From an uncultured Gammaproteobacteria bacterium (GTDB lineage Bacteria > Patescibacteriota > Microgenomatia > CAYGWK01), in assembly GCA_964353785.1 (NCBI GenBank), contig CAYGWK010000003.1, positions 17,303 through 81,302 of the forward strand: DNA of 64,000 nt, written 5' to 3'. A model generated the notes under the pieces. It was not told where the DNA came from. It made no database searches and worked only from the letters and a program-made list of their open reading frames with translations. A program made the translations under genes and the position numbers. Shown in pieces: positions 57,947 to 64,000 of the stretch; position 1 is the stretch's first letter; each line of letters opens with the position of its first letter.

Positions 57947-58578
57947 TTTTTCATCCTCCTAAATTTTGAGTGGTTTTTGATGAGGGATAAAATTTCTTCG
58001 GTTATTTCCTCTTTTTTTCTTTCTCCATCTAAAACGGCAATCTGGGCCCACCAAAATTTTTGGGCTAGCCAATGATAAGTGTCCCAAGTTTGAGTTAAAT
58101 GTTCTTCTTCCTCAAAAAGTTCAACCCCTTTTCTCTCTTGTTTCAGACGCGCAAGGCAGACTTCTGGAGAAACCTCAATAAAAATGGTTAGGTCAGGCAA
58201 AATAAAATCACGATTTAACTCCAAAAGCCATTCTTTGGAAAGATAAACTGAACCAAAGGCAATGGAAGCCCAGGCATAGCGGTCAGTAATAACCATTTTT
58301 CCTTTTTCAAGTTTGGGAATAATTTCTTCATTTAAATGCCTTCCCCTATCGGCAGCAAAAAGTAACTGGACAGAAGCAGGCGGAAGGGAGTTCCATTGAC
58401 CCTCAAGGGCAGAGCGAACCAATTTTCCAATCGGTCCTTTAGTTGGTTCTTTAGTTAAATAGGGCTTGACGCCTTCTTTCTTTAAAACCTTTGCCACCAG
58501 TTTCACTTGAGTGCTTGCTCCTGAACCATCCAGCCCTTCAATATCCACAAAAAATCCCGAAAAATTGTGAATTTTCAT
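57943..58578 (-). CDS. tmk: Thymidylate kinase
   Basis: 211 aa; P-loop FVDIEGLDGSGAST; DRY/LID region. Confidence 0.85.
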   Translation of the reverse strand: MKIHNFSGFFVDIEGLDGSGASTQVKLVAKVLKKEGVKPYLTKEPTKGPIGKLVRSALEGQWNSLPPASVQLLFAADRGRHLNEEIIPKLEKGKMVITDRYAWASIAFGSVYLSKEWLLELNRDFILPDLTIFIEVSPEVCLARLKQERKGVELFEEEEHLTQTWDTYHWLAQKFWWAQIAVLDGERKKEEITEEILSLIKNHSKFRRMKK

Positions 58579-59399
58579 AAAAATCTCTTAACGTTTTCTA
58601 ACAAAATAGGGTCTAAGACATACCTAATTTCTTCCTGCTGACATCGTCTATAAATTTCCAATTCTTGAACTGCCCAACCGACTAAGGCCATCATCTTCCC
58701 TTTTCTGGTAAAAGCATCCTCGAAAGCCCGGCGGGCACTAAGTCTTAAATTCCCAACAATTGAGGTCTCCCACATATCTGCCCTCAGAGGATTTTCAGCG
58801 TCTGAGAAAAAAGGCAAACCTTTTCTTGAAGAAAACTCAATCGTTCTTCTCAAACCTACGTCTCCAGTGGCAAAAAAGGAATCCGCTTCTCGCAAGATTC
58901 TCAATTCGGTAAGAAAACCAAGTTTTGCCACCACTTCCCCTCTTTGTCTAATCTGTTTTTCTCTCAACAACGGTTCTCCTCCTCTTGATTTAAGAGGATA
59001 AGTAAAGGCGGTGTTATCATGCATCCAAATCAGTATTAAAATTCCTGCTTTTTCCCTTTGAGAAAGACCAAAATTCTTATCAATTATTCTTTTGATTATT
59101 TTTACTCCTTCACTCTGGTGTTCAAATTTGTCAAGAGAGTTTCTTTCTCCAGCGGTATAACCAACATCATGACTCAAGGCAGCCAAAGTTAAAACTAGTG
59201 GGTTGATTTTTATTTTTTCTCCTCTTGCTTTTGCTTCCCGACAAGCCATCCCCAAAACTTCAATTGTCCTTTTTTCAACCTCAAGGACATGATTTAGTCC
59301 ATGAACATCCTCGGGAGGGTATAATTTTCCCAATTCTTCCAAAAACATCTTTCTTTCTGGGACTGCCCTATTTAAAACTTGTTCAAATTCAGGACTCAT
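58575..59399 (-). CDS. HD-domain phosphohydrolase (possible 5'-deoxynucleotidase)
   Basis: 274 aa; H...HD motif (LSHDVGY). Confidence 0.6.
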   Translation of the reverse strand: MSPEFEQVLNRAVPERKMFLEELGKLYPPEDVHGLNHVLEVEKRTIEVLGMACREAKARGEKIKINPLVLTLAALSHDVGYTAGERNSLDKFEHQSEGVKIIKRIIDKNFGLSQREKAGILILIWMHDNTAFTYPLKSRGGEPLLREKQIRQRGEVVAKLGFLTELRILREADSFFATGDVGLRRTIEFSSRKGLPFFSDAENPLRADMWETSIVGNLRLSARRAFEDAFTRKGKMMALVGWAVQELEIYRRCQQEEIRYVLDPILLENVKRFL

Positions 59400-61084
59400 G
59401 CCACCTCCGTGGACAAAGACTGCCTAACAAAACCTTCTGGCTGACCAAGACAACTTGGGTGTTCTTGACAACAGACTGGTTCATATTCGCTGTCTCCTGC
59501 CAAAAATGTAACATCGTTATACTGGGCAATTTCTCCAGTTTCAACCTTCACTCTTCTTGTCCCCCTGGCAGGTCGACCGCAATACTTACATCTTGTTCTC
59601 ATTTCAATTTGGTTCCAATTTAAATTATCTAGGGACTTCCCAATCAACTCGTGCATAAAAGTAAAAGGTTCTTCTTGAAAAGTATAATCAATACCATCAA
59701 CGACGATATTGAATCCCTTCATCCGAAGATGCTCAAGATAGAGTATGGCGTCGTCAGCTTCAGTTTTATGAAATAGCATTATTTCGTCAATGAATATAAA
59801 CGGATACTTATTTGGGGCAATGTTTTCTTTTTCGATATAGAGAACAACATCTTTCAGGTTATTACTTTCAATGGTAATCCCTTTAATTTTTCTTCTATCT
59901 CTGGTCATCACGTGGGTCCTTTGCTCTTCACCGTACCTTAAAGCAGCTTCTGGTTGGAGGGAAATTATTTTATTCTCTCCTATTCGTTCTATTTGTTGTT
60001 CAAGTTCCAAGAAAACAGTCGTTTTACCCGTGAACATACTTTTACTATGAACAATCATCACTTGCCCTTTTTCTTTTTCGGCAAAGACTGCCATAATTCT
60101 ATCGGCAACCTCTTTAGGCTGAGGATTGAGCAAATCTTTAAGAAGACCAAGCTCCCCTCGTATTTTATAGATTTCTCTGTATCTTATCGAAGGATTTTTA
60201 TAAGTTTCAATTGGGTCGATAACAATCGGTAAAACTTTAACCTGCCATTCTTGAGGCAACCTCTCAATAAGTTCTTTGATTAAGCGCGTCTCCATATCTA
60301 AATCGTCCACAGTGAACACTCTTTCACTTTCTCGATGGGGCTGGTCTTTGAGACGCTCCCTTACCCCAAAGTATAAATTCTCAACTTTATCAGGCAGAAG
60401 AGCAACCAGAAGAGTTGGTCTTAGAATAAGAGGTTTAAAAAGTTCAACCGTTTGTCTGTATACCTTATATTCTTCTTCGGATAATTTTCCCATCGACTTA
60501 TACCATGGAACCCATTGCTCAATATCAGTTATAGGACACATCTCAGAGACCCCAATTCCTTTTCTTACCATGGTTCCCAAACCAAGACTTATGTTTGTTG
60601 ATAGAAAATAAATTTGGGAGCGAAGCATAAAGCAAGAATCTTCTTGTGATTTTGCCCAAAATGGATTTTCCTCGTAAGGGTCTTTTAAAAATAACTCCGC
60701 GTTCAAATCTTCAGCTAAAACACGAGCGATTGTGCTTTTTCCCACCCCTAGCGGTCCAATAAACTCAATTCTCACCATATCTTTCTGTTCTAGCATGGTA
60801 GCGACAGCGCCATGAATCGGTGATAGATTATGTTTAACAGCAAAAAGTTCCAATGTTTTCCAAAAAAGAACTTTTTCTTCCAAGGAAAAGCTTTTACTCA
60901 AAAGTTTTTTTGTCAATTCTTCTCTTTGGGAAAGTAAAAAATGCTCCTTTTCTTTAGCTGAAAAACCAGATAAATTTTCCTCTGATTGGAAAAGTCTACC
61001 AATATAATCTTTATAGGCTTCCAGAAAACGAATTCTTTCTTCTTCAGGAGAAATTAAATTTTCCCCTCTTCGTTCTAAAGTCAT
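59396..61084 (-). CDS. Fusion protein: deoxynucleoside kinase (dNK family) + thymidine kinase (TK1 type, Zn-ribbon)
   Basis: N-terminal half has the dNK P-loop IEFIGPLGVGKSTIARVLAEDL. C-terminal half has the TK1 P-loop MIVHSKSMFTGKTT plus the TK1 zinc ribbon CKYCGRPARGTRRV...CCQEH. Confidence 0.7.
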   Translation of the reverse strand: MTLERRGENLISPEEERIRFLEAYKDYIGRLFQSEENLSGFSAKEKEHFLLSQREELTKKLLSKSFSLEEKVLFWKTLELFAVKHNLSPIHGAVATMLEQKDMVRIEFIGPLGVGKSTIARVLAEDLNAELFLKDPYEENPFWAKSQEDSCFMLRSQIYFLSTNISLGLGTMVRKGIGVSEMCPITDIEQWVPWYKSMGKLSEEEYKVYRQTVELFKPLILRPTLLVALLPDKVENLYFGVRERLKDQPHRESERVFTVDDLDMETRLIKELIERLPQEWQVKVLPIVIDPIETYKNPSIRYREIYKIRGELGLLKDLLNPQPKEVADRIMAVFAEKEKGQVMIVHSKSMFTGKTTVFLELEQQIERIGENKIISLQPEAALRYGEEQRTHVMTRDRRKIKGITIESNNLKDVVLYIEKENIAPNKYPFIFIDEIMLFHKTEADDAILYLEHLRMKGFNIVVDGIDYTFQEEPFTFMHELIGKSLDNLNWNQIEMRTRCKYCGRPARGTRRVKVETGEIAQYNDVTFLAGDSEYEPVCCQEHPSCLGQPEGFVRQSLSTEVA

Positions 61085-61139
61085 ACCTGCCCTCTTTTCA
61101 CAAATACCACTAATTTAGAAGTTCGTCAACTAGCAAAAA

Positions 61140-62654
61140 CTAGGTCAAATTATCTAACCAACGTTCTTCTTGAAGAAACGGCCATCCTTTTTTTAAAGCC
61201 ATTTCCGCCCAGCCCAAATGAATTCCTATCTCCAAGGCATGAGAAATCTGACTGATGGCATCGGCCCTCGCGATTAACTGAACTAGTTCATGGGCAGTTC
61301 TACCTCTAAACTCCTGAAGAATCTTCCCTGACCCGTCGGGTGGGACTAACCTAGCTACTATTTCTCCCTTTTCGAGGCTAAGCAAGAAATTACCTCTAGG
61401 GTCCCATCCCTCCTTGGTCTTTCCTTTATGTTGTTTTACCAAGTATTCTGCTATTTCTCTGGCACTTTGATAAATATGAGTCCTGGTTGAAAAGGTAATT
61501 AACGAACCCATGGTCAGGTCTTTATATTTAGTCTTAACTCTTTCTAAAATGAGGTTTTGGATTCGCCTTAAACCAAAGGCATTCCAGGGCCAAGCATTAG
61601 CCATGTCATTTGAGCGAAAAATTCCGGTTAAGAAAAGTTTATCTTGCTCAATTGAAGCCTGAAAAGCATAGAGACATGGGTTGCGCAAGGCCTTATTGTC
61701 TTTGTTGGGATCATACAAAACCGCAATTGCTCCTCTATCATTTGGGTCTTTTAAAAGTTTGCCCACTACTGCCTCAAACTGGTTGATTTTTTGGGGTCCA
61801 AAAGCGAAAATCCTCTCCCCATAGGTATACCATTCTCCTTTGGGTAATTCTTGGGTCAAAAAGTTTTTTTGAATATAGTCCTCAACTTGAGATTTGGTGA
61901 ACGGTAATATTTGCCAGCTAGTCTTGTCTTCAACCTCTCGATCAGTGATGGTAATAATGTTTAAAACGTCCTCTGCTTCCTGACCATAGTTAGTCATGGC
62001 TGAGGGACCGAAACGTAAAATCTTTTCTAAGATTTGAACGTAGGCTTCGGCTATTGTTGGTGTAATCACCAGCTCGGCCCCTACCTTCCGGGGAAATTTT
62101 TCTCTCCCCACTTCAGGCAAAGGCAACAAAACGGCCTCGCTCTGTGGACCCTTATAGGGGGATTTGCTGATTGTCTCCTGAATTTTTACCGGATCAACAA
62201 CTCCCCGAAGATCAACAAGGGCAATATTTTCTCTGAATTTATCAATTTCCTCAAACGGAATTGTGTCTGAGATTTTTGCTCCTTCAGGCCCGCCTGTTAT
62301 GTTCCTCTTCTGATCAACTCCATTTTCCACTAAATTCATCAATGCTTGACCCCCAACGCCTTCTTTCATTTCCCTCCCACAAACCACTAGATATCTTATC
62401 GCCCTATTGGAAGCACAGGTTCGGATGATACCATCTATGCCGGCCCCAGAGGTTTTTAGCTGACCGATCGCGGCAATTTTTTTCTGATCGAGTTCTGGCC
62501 AGATAGTATCAACAGGAGTCCAGAGAGTAACAACTCCTACACAAGCATCTGGGTTGCCAACCCGAAGCTCAGGTACTTCCCCGCCCATAAAATAAGGAGG
62601 CCAATTTTCAATCCGGACTCGCCTTTCACTCGATAGTCTTTCCTGTCTACTCAT
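61140..62654 (-). CDS. Thymidylate synthase (ThyA-fold) domain flanked by a ~200-aa N-terminal and a ~75-aa C-terminal domain of unknown function
   Basis: The middle region aligns by eye to the ThyA core: ...NPCLYAFQ... (P-C-H-like catalytic Cys) and ...FRSNDMANAWPWNAFG... (R-S-x-D ... N, so dUMP-type specificity). The N-terminal 200 aa are neither DHFR- nor ThyX-like. Confidence 0.6.
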   Translation of the reverse strand: MSRQERLSSERRVRIENWPPYFMGGEVPELRVGNPDACVGVVTLWTPVDTIWPELDQKKIAAIGQLKTSGAGIDGIIRTCASNRAIRYLVVCGREMKEGVGGQALMNLVENGVDQKRNITGGPEGAKISDTIPFEEIDKFRENIALVDLRGVVDPVKIQETISKSPYKGPQSEAVLLPLPEVGREKFPRKVGAELVITPTIAEAYVQILEKILRFGPSAMTNYGQEAEDVLNIITITDREVEDKTSWQILPFTKSQVEDYIQKNFLTQELPKGEWYTYGERIFAFGPQKINQFEAVVGKLLKDPNDRGAIAVLYDPNKDNKALRNPCLYAFQASIEQDKLFLTGIFRSNDMANAWPWNAFGLRRIQNLILERVKTKYKDLTMGSLITFSTRTHIYQSAREIAEYLVKQHKGKTKEGWDPRGNFLLSLEKGEIVARLVPPDGSGKILQEFRGRTAHELVQLIARADAISQISHALEIGIHLGWAEMALKKGWPFLQEERWLDNLT

Positions 62655-63465
62655 TTTTAATTTTTGCTATCTGAACCTTACTTTTCTGCAAAAGGAGCAG
62701 TCCTTTTCTATCATAATACTCCTTGTCAAACACAACTCTTTTTATCCCTGCCTCAATAATTTCTTTAGCGCATTCTTCGCAGGGGCAACTAGTAACATAA
62801 AGAGAGGCACCATCTAAAGAGATTCCTTTCCGCGCTGCTCGGGCTATTCCTATTTTTTCGGAGTGGATCCCATCACAAAAAGAAATTTTTTCTCCTGGAG
62901 CTAAAAAAATGTCTGCTGGTCTTATAGGCAACTCCTTGCAATTTGTTTGCCAAGGAGTGAAGCAAGCACCGGTCATAATTACTTCTTCATTTAACACAAA
63001 CACGCAGGCTGTCGGTCGCCACCAGCAGGTACTTTCAGACAAAAGCCTCTGGGCTTCTAACATAAATTGGCGGTCTAAAGGATCGGAAGTTTGCTTAACC
63101 TCAACCTCCTCAGCAAATACTTCTGTTGGGGGTAAAAGTTTCTTCTTTGACAAGATAACTTCTCCAAATTGCTCTACTTGACCAAATTCGCCAGCCACCA
63201 ACTGTTCTAGTTCCTGTTCAGAACAAGCAAACACCGCCTCCACCCCCTCCATTGATGCCAGAATTTGGGCTTTGGCCAGACCCCGGCTACCCGGCGTCAA
63301 TTCTTGATTCGCCATAACGATTATTGTTCCTGGCTTCTCCTTAATGATCCTGGACAAGTAAGTTAAATTCCGACAGCGGATTGCCTCCTCACCCAAAAGA
63401 ACAATTTGGGCGGAGCGTAATTTTTCTGGAGGCAGTTGGTAGAATGGTCTTATTCTCTCAACCAT
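62647..63465 (-). CDS. dCMP deaminase (cytidine/deoxycytidylate deaminase zinc-binding domain) fused to an unknown ~130-aa N-terminal domain
   Basis: C-terminal HSE...SCPCEECAKE (H-x-E / PC-x-x-C zinc site). The N-terminal Rossmann-like segment is unassigned. Confidence 0.65.
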   Translation of the reverse strand: MVERIRPFYQLPPEKLRSAQIVLLGEEAIRCRNLTYLSRIIKEKPGTIIVMANQELTPGSRGLAKAQILASMEGVEAVFACSEQELEQLVAGEFGQVEQFGEVILSKKKLLPPTEVFAEEVEVKQTSDPLDRQFMLEAQRLLSESTCWWRPTACVFVLNEEVIMTGACFTPWQTNCKELPIRPADIFLAPGEKISFCDGIHSEKIGIARAARKGISLDGASLYVTSCPCEECAKEIIEAGIKRVVFDKEYYDRKGLLLLQKSKVQIAKIKNE

Positions 63466-63931
63466 TTCTTTTCCGTAAAAGTCTGGCTAGTTCTTCCGGA
63501 GCAAGTTTAACCTCTTGATAATGCCAAGTAACCAAGCCTTTAACAAAGGGCATAATCTGCCAATGAAGGTGTTTAACTGTTTTTCCAGTTTGTTTTCCCT
63601 CGCGAAGCAAAAACCAAACACTATCGATATCTAATACCTCCCGCAACAATTTAAGGCTCTTTTTCGCTAAACGGTGATAAGCCATTATCTCATTTTCGCT
63701 TAAATCAAGATAGTTTTCTATATGTCTTTTAGGAATCACCAGTAGATGCCCATCAATATAAGGAAAAAGATTGGTGGTTAAAACCAAACCAGAGTCCTCG
63801 GCGACAATGTATTTTTCTTTCAAATCACAAAAAACACATTTACCCACGTTTTTGGCAATCTCATCATATTTTCCTTTTGTCCTGGCACTTAATTGCCATT
63901 TTTTATTGAAAAAATCTTTCTTTTTTTTCAC
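63458..63931 (-). CDS. HIT-family hydrolase (second paralog)
   Basis: 157 aa; CVFCDL N-terminus; HLHWQIMP histidine triad. Confidence 0.7.
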   Translation of the reverse strand: MKKKKDFFNKKWQLSARTKGKYDEIAKNVGKCVFCDLKEKYIVAEDSGLVLTTNLFPYIDGHLLVIPKRHIENYLDLSENEIMAYHRLAKKSLKLLREVLDIDSVWFLLREGKQTGKTVKHLHWQIMPFVKGLVTWHYQEVKLAPEELARLLRKRNG

Positions 63932-64000
63932 CGGTTTGTCCTTTCAAAGCCAGTCAGCATTTTCTCTAATTTTCTGAATAATTTTGGACGTCGAGACCAT

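Overview
This is a low-GC (~38-40%), gene-dense bacterial chromosome segment. Its gene content and organisation resemble a Candidate Phyla Radiation / Patescibacteria-type genome, mostly housekeeping genes on the minus strand. Recognisable content: a type IV pilus cluster (partial pilin, pilC, pilT, pilB), holB, gyrB, ppa, gyrA, yebC, efp, dnaB, hisS, rpmE, rpsF-ssb-rpsR, ychF, cysS, recR / ybaB / dnaX, ybeY, rpsU, yvcK, proS, rseP, frr, tsf-rpsB, split FtcD-like folate genes, one tRNA-Leu(CAA), HtrA / CtpA / RseP proteases, a XerC/D-type recombinase, and a compact deoxynucleotide salvage / thymidylate cluster with unusual fusion enzymes (tmk, HD hydrolase, dNK-TK fusion, ThyA-like fusion, dCMP-deaminase fusion, two HIT proteins). 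Several features are not explained by routine annotation. (i) A 27-bp imperfect-hairpin element occurs at 7 loci: five copies sit in-frame inside conserved genes (GT39-like x2, EF-P, HisRS, a hypothetical, formiminotransferase) and one locus is a 4x tandem array. (ii) Three paralogous ~160-190 nt structured RNA-like elements show compensatory base changes in their stems; each starts 4-12 nt after the stop codon of a minus-strand gene. (iii) 7-bp-period microsatellites (4-5 units) recur inside at least six ORFs. (iv) A perfect 20-26 bp AT-rich palindrome recurs at a TrpR/YerC-like HTH gene next to the recombinase and across the start codon of the cyclodeaminase gene. (v) Short GC-richer ORFs interrupt otherwise conserved operons (dnaX-ybaB | recR, tsf | frr, rseP | proS). 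(vi) An RF1-type release factor lacking domain 1 directly follows an L31 gene with a long K/E-rich tail. No CRISPR array, rRNA, transposase or reverse transcriptase was seen.
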